From: Mobula hypostoma
Taxonomy: Eukaryota
DNA: 64,000 nt
Reading direction: 5' to 3'
NCBI RefSeq assembly: GCF_963921235.1
Contig: NC_086097.1
Coordinates: 143,470,001-143,534,000 of the forward strand
Made by a program: the position numbers and the translations under genes. Shown here in pieces: positions 49,746 to 63,252 of the stretch (the stretch's first letter is position 1; every line of letters begins with the position of its first letter). Below the pieces are notes generated by a model. That model made no database searches and was not told the origin of the DNA. It was given only the letters and a program-made list of their open reading frames with translations.

Positions 49746-52700
49746 AATAATCAAGAATTTATAATGATAGATCTTCTGAAGCAGAAGAAAATCTTTATAT
49801 TTACACGAACTTTCCATGTCTTTCTACTCCAGCCCCTCCTATCCAGGGTCTCAGTTCGATCACACATAAATCCATTGTTTCTGCAGAAATATACTTAATT
49901 TTTTGACTCCATCTATGTCACAACTTCCATGAACTTCCCTAGACAACTCATACCACAACTATACTACCCTGTGTACACCATGTATTTTCTTTATGTTACT
50001 AATTGTTTGGTAATAAGTGCTTTGCCACATGGAACATCTGGTTGGTTATATTCTTCTTGAAATTCTATTACTTCCAGATTGGATAACACAATGTAAAGAA
50101 CATGAAACTATTTTAATTATTGATTACACGGAAATAAGATGCTGGATTTATTTTAAAAACTCAGATATTTGTAAAGATTTCAGGAATGGAACAACTTTTC
50201 ATTTCAAGAGCCCAGAAGCAGCATTACATAATGCCCATGCAAACACAACACAGAGTAAATATGGAGTGAATATTTGTAGCACAGACATTTCCAGTTCAGG
50301 TGAATGGCAGAGATACTTAAAGGAAAATTAAAATCTGTTTGACCAGAAGCTCCCACTACCCTGTGACCAACTATCTGAAGTGCTTCACATACAATTTGGT
50401 ACTTTGAAATTCAATGAGTGGTCATGTTATATCTTGAGATTTATTAAACTAGTAATTAAGACCCGGTAGAGACATGAGAAAGAAGTATGTATTTGAAACA
50501 AAATTTACAATGTGGTTGACAGAGGAAGAACGATTTTGACCGGGAGAATTTAGATGGTCAGATTAACTGGGCAGAGAAGAGGGAAATAGATTTCAATTTG
50601 AGTTAATTCACTTGGGAAAGTGCTTCAGGACAAGGGAATAAGCAAAATATGTGAGAGTAATAGGAAATATGGAGGAAGAGAGGGATCTTCGAGTGTATAT
50701 CGAAAGATCCTTAAAGTAAGGAGGACCATAAAACCATAAGACATAGGAGCAGAATTATGCCATTCAGCCCATTGTATCTGCTCTGCCATTTCATCATGGA
50801 CAGGCAGAAAAGGCGGTTAAAATACATTCAAGTCAAAGACGGTAACAGCAGGCTACATCTTAAGCATTTTTCAGCCACATTTTGAGTATTGTGTTCATTT
50901 CTGATCACCATATTAAAGCAGTTATCTAGTTCACCTGACATGGAGCGTGATTTACCAGGAACTTGCCAGATGAGGAAAGATTGGATAATCTCGAAATGTT
51001 TTCTTGTTTCCTTTGAGTGGGGCTGAGGAATACATAAATAATGTATGTGGGATTATGAGGATCTTAGGTAGGGTAGGAAGAACCTTTTTCCCTTAGCTGG
51101 ATGTTGGAGGAGGAAAAAATTAAATAATGAGGTAATTAGTCAAAACATTAGAGGACAAGTTTTAGCAGGACAAATGTAATCTGTTAAGTACCGCTCCCAT
51201 CTCAACCTACTTTCAACTAACAGCAAGCTAACAGAAGGTGGTTATCCACAGTGCTATCAAATGGCATTTATTCTCTATCAACCTAGTCTCTGATGTCCTG
51301 ATTGGGAACCACAAGAACCTCTATAGGAGTTCCTCAAGCCAGTATCCTGGGTCCAATCAGCTTCAGCTGCTTCATCAATGCATTTTTTCCATCAAAAGAT
51401 CGAAAGTGGGGATGTTTGATGACTTTGAAGTCTATTCGCAGCTCCTCAGAAAACTGAGTAACCTGTGCCTGCATGAAAGAAGACCTAGGCAATACCCAGG
51501 CATAACTTGATAAGTGATAAATAACATATTCACTACAAGAGGCCTGATGAAGGATTCTGAACCAAAATGTTGTCTGCTTATTTCACTCCAAAGTTGCTGC
51601 TTGACCAGATGAGCTCCTCCAGCATGTTGTGTGTATTACTTACGACAGAAGTGCCAGAAAATGAACTTGTCCAACAAGATAGAATTGAACCACCTGCCCT
51701 CAATATCCAATGACATTGCAATCACCAAGACCCCTCTCATCAATGCCCTGTGGGTCAACATTGACCAAAAATTCAACGAGATCAGCTACATAGATCCTGT
51801 TGTTGTGAGGGCACCGAGAGACTGGATACCTGACATCTTCACATCACATGACCTTTTCACCATTTACAAAGGGCCCAGAGGTAAAGATTTTAGGATGAGA
51901 ATTACAGCTCATAGAGATTTCTGACCAAAGCTGTATCAATACAACGATGATGTAAAAAGCTCAGATAAAGGTGATCTTGATTTAGTCTGGTACGAATAAT
52001 AATTATGAAGAATATAGGTTTGTGAGTTCTGCTGAAGATCTCAGTGCCTGCAAGACTTTTGCTATTTTCAGAATTACTGTATGACCCCGAATCAAACAAT
52101 AGTGGAACTGGATGTTTTAAGGGAGGGCAGCATTGGAATGCAGAGGCTAAACTGAAGCTCTGGCGGTCACTTGAGCAATGTTCCATCAGCTATGGATTAA
52201 CTGCTGTCTGCCTGGTTCAGCTTTGCCAGAGTCAGGCAAGATGGACAAAAAACAGTTCCTTAGAGACAATCCAGAAAAGTTCAAAGAAATAGCACAGTGA
52301 CTGCAAAAGTAACAGCAAGCAAATGGAAATGTCCAGTATTCACTCATTGTGTAAAAGCAGACTGAGACAAATGGAGAGCCTTAGGAAGCAACTGAAGTGC
52401 AGATATTTGTGGCTGAGGTCATGGTACTCAGTAATATTTCAAATGCAATGTTTAATTTTAACTACTGTAGTTACAGATGAGAGCTATTAGTCCCTGAGCT
52501 AAGGTTAATGCGGACAGCTCAATGATTGTGGGTGACACACAGACTACATAATACGATGTATTCAAAATTAATATTGCAATAGTGTATAATTGTGGACAAG
52601 AACAATTAAGACCTATTCCTTCAATCTGACTTCTGTTGACTGAGACCCTGCACAAGGAAATTCCTCTCATTAAATTACCTAGTGTACAATGTGTATGTTC

Positions 52701-53399
52701 AATATCTGGCACTGTTTCTCACAGGTCAGAACATTGCAGTTTAGTTTTCATGCATGACAGCTCATGGAGATGACCACAAACCAACAAATTATGCGACAGG
52801 AATTAATTATTCCAAAAACTATTTAAAGACTTCCATCAATCCTTCATGGAGTATGATATGTCAGAACTTTTCAATTAAATCTGAAGATATAAAATCCTGG
52901 GATATACTACAATGATTCCCAGATTTTTTCCCCCTCTCTCAAATTTCTGCTGTTTGCTTTGGGACTAGACTTTGACTGCCAAGTGAAAAAATAGCTTAAC
53001 AGATTCCAGCAGGAGTCAGGAAACCATCTACTGGCGGGAGACTGGAGATCACGGCATGTTAAAGGAGGGGCAGAACTAGAGAGTAATTGTGCCACATTTT
53101 TAAGATATTTCCTCACTCCCTTCTCTGATACCTGCCCAAAAGAAACACAATGGACAGAGTGAGAGAATGGGGACAGTCAGAAAGAAAGGGGGGGGGGGGA
53201 AGATTTGAGTTTTATATACATCCTTCTTCACGATTTTGTCTTTTTCAGGATGATCACAGTTGGTGAGCAAATTGACTGGATGGGATAACTGAAAATGGAG
53301 AACAGGACTGCTGAAATTAAATCTGAATTGAAACCATCTAAAGGCTATACGCAAAGATCAAAAAAGTGTTCTTTAATATAATTTCTACTTCGGAATATT

Positions 53400-54001
53400 C
53401 TAACCTACAGAGCAATTTTTTAAAAAAAACCTGGACTGTCGCGCAGGCAAATGCGAAAGTGGCAGAAGTGACTTAAAATTAAGGGGAAATTTAAGCGGCG
53501 ATATGCATGCGCAGGAGGTGGGCTGTTCCCACTCCATCACCCCCCCCCCGGAAATCCTGGAACAGGATTAAGGAAAATGAAGAGAGGCGCAAATGTGACA
53601 GCGCAGAAACCCGAAGCCTAAGGTTATAACCTGCCTCTTGCTAGTTGGGAAGATCCAAAGGGGGAGGAGTATACAGAATTTAAAGCAATGGGTTAATAAA
53701 CAACTGACTTCCGTCATATGGCTATGATTTTTTATGTTGCTCTGTAACTAGTGTGACCAGTGTGCAGAGAGAATCAGACAAGAGCAGTGACAGCCTCAGA
53801 TCTTGCTCTCTCCACAACTTGAGGAAGAAAAGTTAACGAGAGTTGCAATTAGTTTTTTTTAGTTCTGGGGGGAGGGGCAAGTTAGAATGGACTCGTTGAT
53901 CCGATTCAGCCGAAGGTGAGGAGAGAGAAGGCGTTTGAAATAGCGAATTTGAAAACTGGATGAAGAAGAAGACACTGTACTGACATCGGCCGGTGTCCGA
54001 T
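53400..54001 (+). promoter_or_regulatory. Probable promoter and 5' UTR of the gene starting at 54002
   Basis: TE-free and locally CpG-enriched; NRF1-like TGCATGCGCA (53504-53513), ETS-like CCGGAA and ACTTCCG; directly precedes the signal-peptide exon. Confidence 0.55.
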
Positions 54002-54076
54002 ATGAGGACTGTCAGCATCTCTAGCAGCTTGGGGGTCCTGCTGTACTGCTCGGTCCTCAGCTGTGTCTATGCTCTG
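54002..54076 (+). CDS. Probable first coding exon encoding a signal peptide (MRTVSISSSLGVLLYCSVLSCVYAL) of an unidentified secreted or membrane protein
   Basis: ATG with G at -3, in-frame upstream TGA (53981-53983), basic N-terminus plus hydrophobic core plus V-Y-A cleavage-like motif, perfect donor CTG|GTAAGT (phase 0). No exon 2 recognised in the window. Confidence 0.65.
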
Positions 54077-55539
54077 GTAAGTGTTCCTTACAGGAAGAAC
54101 GTGTTTCTTTTCATAGCGTGGTACAGATTAATTCACTGATTTATGCCAGTCTGAAGACCCCATATTTCTTATATTAATTTCTACTGCTGAACTAATTAAG
54201 CATTACTGTTATACCACACAATCAGTTCTTATGAACGTGCACCAAGATCCGGGGAGATCAGCACGTTACTGTTCTCATTTCCAAAATCACTAGGTCTCTT
54301 ATCCAAATGAGATGATCCATATTTTATGCAGGTGTACAATAAGACAGAGCAGAAAAGACTTTACTACCAGTATCTGTACAGAAAAGGCTGTCTTTATCTC
54401 CACCAGTGACAGTAGGGGATGCAAAATATGTTTTCTTGGTACAAGTACAGTAGAATGTTCTGCAAGATCAAAGTACAAGTTGGATAGAAAGTCACAAATT
54501 TTAACCCTGGTCTTGCTAAAATATATTCAGTGAAATCTGGTGAAATCCAGTGCTAACTGTTTGTTATCATCATTTCTGTTGTGTGTGTGTGTTCAGATCA
54601 CTCATTGGCCTCACTTGTCCATGTCACTGAAATTTCCTCCAGCCTCATAACTCTGAAATTTCCATTTCTGCCTTTTTTCAAAATCCTCGGTTCTAATCAC
54701 TCCTCTTATATACAACTGTGGCCAAAGCACTGGAATTCTCTTCCTTAGCCATCTGGCTAATTAATTTTTTGTCCTCTTTTACGTCACTTCACAAAATCTA
54801 TTTCTTTAACCAGGGGTTTGATCGTCTGTTCTATTTTTTTTTATGTGGCATATGCCATCATGTTTTCCCAATGATGTTCCTGTAAAGCAGCTTTATTTTA
54901 AAATGATAATATGAATTAAAATGAATACGTGCTTGAGCATGGAGCAGAGTGAGAGCTAATGCCACTGTTTGTGCCTCTGATTGTACATTAGAGTGCCCAA
55001 GAGAACATATGTGTGTGTGTATCCATGCATTGATACAGATTTCATGCTATTGCTAATTATCTGATATTTGTTCTGTATGGTTACGGACCTCAGTGGAAAA
55101 TACTTCATTGAATTTACTAAGGCTTCTAATATTGAATATAATGAATGTAATGGAATTACTCCATAAATATTAAGAATTCATCAAGTAATGCCAACCATGA
55201 AGAGAGAATGCAAACATTCTTACTTCAGTTAAGATAAATTCATTTATTTAATTTCTTTAAATTCATTTCAGTAATAAGTAAAATGCAATGGCCATACAAT
55301 GCCATCAGCAGCTTGTCATTTTATTATTTACTAACTAATTTTTCCCTAGTTACTCAAATAAGCATTGACTGTGGATATTCTGATGCCATATTTCCTACTC
55401 TCTTTCCCAGCTATCTCACCCTTGTACCTGTCCTTTGTCAGTACTGGAGACTCAAATACAACAGCTAAGGTTGAATGTGAGATCTTTGCATCTCTATCTC
55501 TCAGTACAGGGAGGATAAACAAACTTGTATGTATAAAAG

Positions 55540-55850
55540 CATATAGCACAGTGTCAGGGGAGCACAATGTACTCATGGCCAATGAAGTACTTTTGAAAGG
55601 TGTGCAGGCGAATCATATAAAGCACCAGATAATCTGTTTTATGGGTCTTGGTTGAAAAATAAGTGTTGGCTAGGACACCCTAGCCTGTCTGTTTTTCTGT
55701 GGGTGGTGCGATGGGATCTGTGAGAGTAAATGGAGCAGTTGTCAAACCACATCTTCAAGAGTGCCGCAATCTTTCATCAAAGCACTTGGATTTGGTGTGT
55801 GAACCCACAACCTGTTGAATCAGAGATGAAAGTGGTATCAGTTGAACTGC
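55540..55850 (-). mobile_element. Ancient DeuSINE-like (SacSINE1/AmnSINE1-related) remnant
   Basis: gccaatgaagtacttttgaa..accagataatctgtttt..tggctaggacacc..atgggatct..tgaacccacaacc resembles, from memory, the reverse Deu-domain and tRNA head; a similar remnant lies at about 48375-48575. Confidence 0.5.
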
Positions 55851-56999
55851 TGCTATCACAGCTGTATACATGCTGTGAATAGCAGCCACAGGGTTAGATT
55901 GTTGGTACCAGAAGAAAGTACATTGGATGTGCTTGATTAAAAAGTGACAAAAAATTAATCTGAGCTGTAGATAAATACAGGAAAGCTGCTTAGAAATCTG
56001 TGATGGTTTGAGAATCAGTGTGTTAAATATCAAGGCATGACAAGAAATCGTGTTGGGAATCTAATTTATTAACTAATTTATTATCTAATCTACTAATTTT
56101 AATAACGGAGAAAGTAAAATTTCAAATCTTAAATGTAAGCAAAAATTTTCCATTAACAACTGGAAGACATGATAACAAATATCAAGAGAATAAAACAAGA
56201 TAGAAATTAGACTTGGGCTTCGATTCTACCTTAACCACTAACTTCACAAATGGAATTTGCCGCTTTGCTTTAAAATATCCTCAGCCCTTAAGTCCGATTT
56301 ATGGCTGGGTTCAGTTATATCACCCTAAAAGACATTTCTGCTTGAGTACGTGATGTAGGCTGGACCTTCAGAGCAGTGCAACTGCCAGTATAAAATGTAG
56401 AAACAGAAAATAATTTAATTTCATGACAAGACGTGCAAATTAAAATCCATAAAATTGTAGAATTCATAATGTTAGTTTTGAAGATTATAGTGTATTGTGT
56501 AGATTGTATAATAAAACATCAGTGTTAAACTAAATATATAGATTGGGCAATATAAGATTAGAGTAAAATGAGCAATAAATTGCTGGAAAGTTTTGCAATT
56601 TAACACCTTTCAGTTGAAAGAATATAAATTTAAGAAATAAATGTTAAAATTTAAATATTCAATGAAATTGGAGATAAATTTGCTTGTAAAATACAGGGAT
56701 GTGAAAGTTCAACTTTTTAAGCAATTAAAAAGATAAAAGATCTTTGTACACAAGTGATAATAAAACTTAATAAAAAGTTAATTTCTTCTGTTCCCTTAAT
56801 TATGCATTCATGCTGGAAGGTAAATAAATGTATGAGAACCCAAATAGGAAACCATTGATAAGATGCAGGAGGCTTCTTTGCCTATTGTATTTGAAGGGTG
56901 CATAAAGTGGATATGCTGGCAGTAATTAGGAGGGTTTTGTTTGGACCTTCTCAAATTCTATTAATAATGAAAATTTTGTGAAGTTTTACAGAGAGCTGG

Positions 57000-59250
57000 A
57001 ACCCTAAGATGGCAGATACTAAATGTAAGAAGAAATAATATTCAGGTCTGTGTGAATTTAAAAGTATTGCATGGTATACTGAACTGGAAGTTCACAGTCA
57101 GAAGACAGGAATGAATAAGTTAAAAGGAGCTCTGCACAATGGAATAGCTTCAAGGGAAATAGATAGTTCAGTCCAAGTCTATGATACAGACCTAGATCGG
57201 AAGAATCAGGGACGTGAAGAATGAGAAATTATGTAGTATGCAGAACAGACACATTTGGTAAATTTCTACTCAATTGAACTGTGTGTCTGCTTTGTTTAAA
57301 ATTTGAGTTATTCGTGGTAATTGAATAAATTGATATTTTTCTCAATCAGTTTGTTTGCACTACAAATTATTTTAAAGTTTTGCAATATTCATACAAACAT
57401 AGAAAATTTGGAGTATTTTTATTGACAAATTTTATCTTCACTATAGATTAGAACAAATGCAAAAGCTACTGAATTTATTCAGGATTATTTTCAGCAATAG
57501 TATGTCCCAGAATTGAGAACAGATAATATATTAAAAATATTATGAAATAATGAGTCAGATTTAACAGTCAAACAAATTGAACATTTATAGAGTGACATTC
57601 CTGCCATTGAGTTCAATAGGTATTTCAAAGAGAGAAACACAAAACTACTGCTGGGATTCTGGATATAAGTGAAGCTGATTTCCATGCACTCAGGCAAAGA
57701 ATGTCTGTGATAAACAGGATAGATATATTAATGGGTAAAATGATGAAAAAAGTACCAGAAGATATCCAAAAGGAGGGTTATAATGCTAAAAAATAAGAAT
57801 TCTAATTATGAAAGAAAATTTAATGGATGACCAAAGAGTAAAGAACCGTAAAAAAAAATTGAAAGAAAGGGCATTCAAAATGTCAAAACCTAGCATATGT
57901 ATAGATGGCTGGGAGAGATGTATTGGACAGCAAATGTAGCCGAATAATTAGAGCTACAAATGGAGTGTAAAAAGAGAATCAGCACAAAACATTTGGAAAA
58001 AGAGTGATGAGGAGCCTGAAAAGTGATAATAATTATTTGCAACAGCATTTACCCTGAAGAAACTCCAGTGAATCAGGGATGGGGTTAATTAAAATTAATG
58101 ACATAAAGTGATAGATAAGAAGACTGGCAAAATCCCTCAGTAGAGATGGTTTCAGACCCAGTAATTTCATGCAGGAAGGTGAGAGATTGAAAATGCAACA
58201 ATAATCTTCACGTTTACTTGATTGGGGTGCTATTTTGTGTGTAAGACTTTATTTTCTAAAGAAGGTGACAGAGGTAAATCTGAGAATTATTGACCAAAAA
58301 TAGTGGTTAATATCTGAAATGAAATTTTAAAAAATGATGGAGATAGTCAGAAGGTTAGGCACCATCAGTGGAGGTGAAAAATGGAGTTAATATTTCAGAT
58401 ATATGACAATTCTTCAGAACTTCATTTTTTTCCACAGGTACCGCACTGGTATTATCAGCCTTTGCTGTTTTATTCAATGAAATTATGGATCAATTGTCCT
58501 AACATCTGCTATTAGGAAACTAAAGTCCATAATTAGGAACAAAGTCACTGAACACCTTGAATAATTTCAATTTATTGGATTAGTCAGCCAAGATTTGTAA
58601 AGAGTCAAACCATCGACTCACCCCTGCCCATGATAAATTGGATTGCACTGTTTGACATGTTGACAAAGGGGTGGTCTATAGATTTTACTTTTAAGGAATT
58701 CCAGAAGACATCTGATGAATGTACTTCCTAAAGAGTGAGGTACTTCCCAAAAGTGAAAAAGTGAAAAGTGGAACTGAATCCAAATTTTTTACCTGATAGC
58801 AAAATTGGTTGAGAGGCAGGAGATCTTGTTGAGCTGATGAAAAGGCTCACTTTAGTAGATGTAACTAGTGTCAGCTTACAAGGAATCTTGTAGGAGTGGT
58901 AAATATTTAAAAATAATTTAAAAATGAAATGGAAAACTAAGCATCCAAGTTTGCCTGTGACATGCTGAATGTGGAATTCTAAGTGTGTATGTGGAAGAAT
59001 TACATTACAAATTAATATTAATAGATTAAATGAATTAATAAAAGTGTACATAAACTGATTTCATAGTAGGTTTATGTACAGTCCTCCATTTTAGTCTGTA
59101 GGGGATGGAAAATGTTTGTTTGAAAATGTTGAAAAGTTAGAAGTAATGACGATTCTAAAAAGACAGCACATAAATCTCAGGTACAGAATACATTCAGAAA
59201 ATAGTTTAAGAGGCTAATAGAATGCTGGCTTTCACATTAAACTAGAATGT
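57000..59250 (+). mobile_element. Very old CR1 LINE remnant (continues about 63850-64000)
   Basis: Heavily decayed ORF2 motifs (e.g. ..GLVSQDL, KEFQKTSD, KRLIECWLSH). Confidence 0.5.
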
Positions 59251-60292
59251 AAAGAAGTAAAGGAAAATAAAAAGAAATAGCAGAGGCTGTAAATCTCAAA
59301 TGAAAACGGAAAATCTTGAAATCGTGCAGAAGGTCAGGCTCTAAGTGTAGAAAGAGAAACAGAATTAATGTGGCAAGCTGAAGAGCTTTTGTCAGAATTC
59401 AGAAAGAGAAAGCAAGTTAGAGTTAAACTGCAGGGAAAATGTGGGAAGGATGGATGGAGTAAAGCGAATATCTGCCATGGGATGAGGCCAAAGTTTCCAA
59501 GGGAATAAGTTGTAAAGGGCATTTAGTCAATAGGCTAAAGGGGGCAGTTGTAAAAAAAAACATCAGAAGTTATGAAAATAGGGTGGATAAAGAATGGGAT
59601 TACAATCAAAGGAGCATAAAGATTGCAAAATGCAGGCCGTAGGATGTGCTCAGGCTGAGCAAGCATTATCAATAAATAACTTGTTGTTGTAATCCACTTA
59701 GCGGCAGCAGTTCAATGCAATACATAATATAGAAGAAAAAAAGTAAAAATAAATAAATAAGTAAAGCAGTTGCCGTATATGTATATTGAATGGTATTTGC
59801 AGAGTTTGGTATTGAGTCTGAAAGGCTGTAATATGCCAAGATGGAAAATGAAGTACTGTTCCTCAAGCTTACATAACACCTTGTTGTAACAACACAGAAG
59901 GTCACAGCAGAGAGGTCTGGATGGAAGCTGAGGCAGAATTAGCTAGCAACAGGGAGCTCAGATTTGCCCAGACAGAATGAATTCAGGTGCTCCACAAAGC
60001 AGTCACCCACCAAAGAAGAGGCCACATTGTGAGCATTGAATGTAGTGCACTGGATTGTAAGAAATGCAGGTGGTACACTGCTTTGCTTGAGATGACTGAA
60101 TCGTTGGGTGGGGGAAGGTAGAAATGAAAGGGCAAGTATTGCACTTTCTGTGGTTCCAAAGCAAGGCAAGGAGTGGTTGATGTGAGTGGATGGGCAAACT
60201 GTGGAGCTGGGGATAGAATGGCCACTTTCAAATACAGAAGGAGATGGAAAGATGTTTGGTGCTGGAACCTTCTTGAAACTGCTTAAAAGTTA

Positions 60293-60697
60293 ACCATGTA
60301 ACCATATAACAATTACAGCACGGAAACAGGCCATCTCGGCCCTTCTAGTCCGTGCTGAACTCTTACCCTCACCTAGTCCCACCGACCTGCACTCAGCCCA
60401 AGACCTTCCATTCCTTTCCTGTCCATATATCTGTCCAATTTAACTTTAAACGACAACATCGAACCTGCCTCAACCACTTCTGCTGGAAGCTCGTTCCATA
60501 CAGCTACCACTCTCTGAGTAAAGAAGTTCCCCCTCAACTTCTGCCCTTTAACACTCGACTCATGTCCTCTTATTTGAATCTCCCCCACCCAATGGAAAAA
60601 GCCTATCCACGTCAACTCTGTCTATCCCCCTCATAATTTTAAATACCTCTATCAAGTCCGCCCTCAACCTTCCACGCTCCAAAGAGTAAAGACCCAA
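60293..60697 (-). mobile_element. CR1 3' fragment
   Basis: RGNFFTQRVVAVWNELP..LDRYM. Confidence 0.85.
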
Positions 60698-61558
60698 GAA
60701 TAAAGAATAAAGTTGTGAAGGATGATCTGTTTAATTCCATAGTTTGTGGGGTTGAAGGTGAAAACCCTGTGAAAACTTTCCTTGCTCTATCCAGAGGAGA
60801 ATGGATGAGATCAGCAATACAAGAAGTAGATGAAATGAGATCAGTGCACTCTGGTAGCTGGGGAGCCATATTTTAGAATGAAGAAAGAGGCACTTATGTG
60901 GAAAATTTTAAGCAAAAATGACTGAGCTGGGGGAACTGAGAGAATGCATGGAGTTGTTAAAAAACAACACAGTTAAGCAATCGATGGGCTTATTATGAAT
61001 ATTTATCCCTAGCCTAATCTCTGAGATGGAGACAGAGAGAACTAGAAAGGGAAGGGAAATGTTTGAGATAGATCACACAAAGTGAGGACAGGGTAGAAAG
61101 TAGCTGTAAAAGGATGGATAATTTCAAGTTCTATTTGAGTGCTGGAAGCAGCCTCGGTACAGCTACTGGTAGATTAGAAGATGTCAGAGTAGAACTGAAA
61201 CCGAGTCTGCTACATGTATCCCACAGAAAGACCAGGTATAACTAGGGCCCATACGAGTTCTCATATCTTTGATGTGGAAAACGGGAATAGAGTTGAAGGA
61301 GAAGTTGCTCAATGTGAGAATAAGTTCAGCCAGGTGAATTAATGTGGCAGTGGAAGGGAATGATTCAACAAACAATCAGAGGGTTGTTAAGTCATTCCGG
61401 TGTGATACGGAGGGTTGGTGGGATTGTGCATCCATGATAAAGATGAGCACTTTGGGATCAGAGACTTGGAAACAGTCAAAGTGGCTGAGGGCATCAAAGG
61501 TGTCATAGAAATAAGTGGAAAGGTGATGGACCAAGGGAATGAAGGGGGGAAGGAAGAA

Positions 61559-62487
61559 ATAGAAACATAGAAACATAGAAAATAGGTGCAGGAGTAGGCC
61601 ATTCGGCCCTTCGAGCCTGCACCGCCATTTATTATGATCATGGCTGATCATCCAACTCAGAACCCCGCCCCAGCCTTCCCTCCATACCCCCTGACCCCTG
61701 TAGCCACAAGGGCCATATCTAACTCCCTCTTAAACATAGCCAATGAACTGGCCTCAACAGTTTGCTGTGGCAGAGAATTCCACAGATTCACCACTCTCTG
61801 TGTGAAGAAGTTTTTCCTAATCTCAGTCCTAAAAGGCTTCCCCTCTATCCTCAAACTGTGACCCCTCGTTCTGAACTTCCCCAACATCGGGAACAATCTT
61901 CCTGCATCTAGCCTGTCCAATCCCTTTAGGATCTTATACGTTTCAATCAGATCCCCCCTCAATCTTCTAAATTCCAATGAGTACAAGCCCAGTTCATCCA
62001 GTCTTTCTTCATATGAAAGTCCTGCCATCCCAGGAATCAATCTGGTGAACCTTCTTTGTACACCCTCTATGGCAAAGATGTCTTTCCTCAGATTAGGGGA
62101 CTAAAACTGCACACAATACTCCAGGTGTGGTCTCACCAAGGCCTTGTACAACTGCAGTAGTACCTCCCTGCTCCTGTACTCGAATCCTCTCGCTATAAAT
62201 GCCAGCATACCATTCGCCTTTTCCACCGCCTGCTGTACCTGCATGCCCACTTTCAATGACTGGTGTATAATGACACCCAGGTCTCGTTGCACCTCCCCTT
62301 TTCCTAATCGGCCACCATTCAGATAATAATCTGTTTTCCTATTTTTGCCACCAAAGTGGATAACTTCACATTTATCCACATTAAATTGCATCTGCCATGA
62401 GTTTGCCCACTCACCCAACCTATCCAAGTCACCCTGCATCCTCTTAGCATCCTCCTCACTGCTAACACTGCCACCCAGCTTCGTGTG
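61559..62487 (-). mobile_element. Young CR1 3' fragment
   Basis: ORFs 62101-62439 and 61657-62040; (TTCTATGT)n tail. Confidence 0.92.
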
Positions 62488-62807
62488 ACAAGAACAGTCT
62501 GAAACACTAGGTGAACAGTCCTGTTTGTATTTCTTGTCCAGGAGACAGATGAAGGCTATCTGGAGCTGAGAGACTCCAGGGCTAGGGAAGGAAGCACTCC
62601 TGAGGAAATGAGACTGATGATTGGGAGATAACTGCCTGATGTTTGGTGATGGGAGGTGTATGCTTTGGAGAGAAGTATGAGGGTATGTTTAAGAAATTAA
62701 TGTTTGGTCTCTGTGAGATAGAATGAACCTAATCTTCTGACTGGGTACATTATATTTTTTCAGGCTCGATAACAAAATCTACAACATCAGCTAACTTGCT
62801 TTACATA

Positions 62808-63252
62808 AACACAAGAGATTCGGCAGATGCTGGAAATCCAAAGCAACACACACAATGCTGGAGGAACTTAGCTGGTCAGGCAGCTTCTGTGGAAAGGAAT
62901 AAACAGTTGACGTTTTGGGCCAAGACCCTTCTTCAGGATTGGAAAGGATGGGGGAAGACACCAGTGTGAAAAGATGGGAGGGGATGGGGAATGGGTGTAG
63001 CTAGAAGGTGATAGGTGAAACCAGGTGGGTGGGGAAGGTAAAAGAGCTGGAGAGGAAGGAATCTGACAGGAGAGGAGAGTGAACCAGAGAAGAAAGGGAA
63101 GAAGGAGGGGCACCAGGGGGAGGTGAGAAGAGATAAGAGGCCGGAGTAGGGAATAGAAGAAGAGGGAAGGGGGAGGGAATTTTTTTTACTGGAAGGCGAA
63201 ATCGATGTTCATTCCATTGCGTTGGAGGATACACAGACGGAATAGGAGGTAA
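62808..63252 (-). mobile_element. Penelope-like element 3' terminal region
   Basis: Reverse-complement homolog of 14150-14540, including a decayed hammerhead motif near 62904-62940. Confidence 0.85.

Larger units (their letters stand above)
59880..62700 (-). mobile_element. Degenerate Penelope-like element split by two CR1 insertions
   Basis: Minus-strand remnants HLAELILTLSNFSFN, TRMGPSY, VHYIQCSQCGL..GDCFVEHL..LPVAS. Confidence 0.72.
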
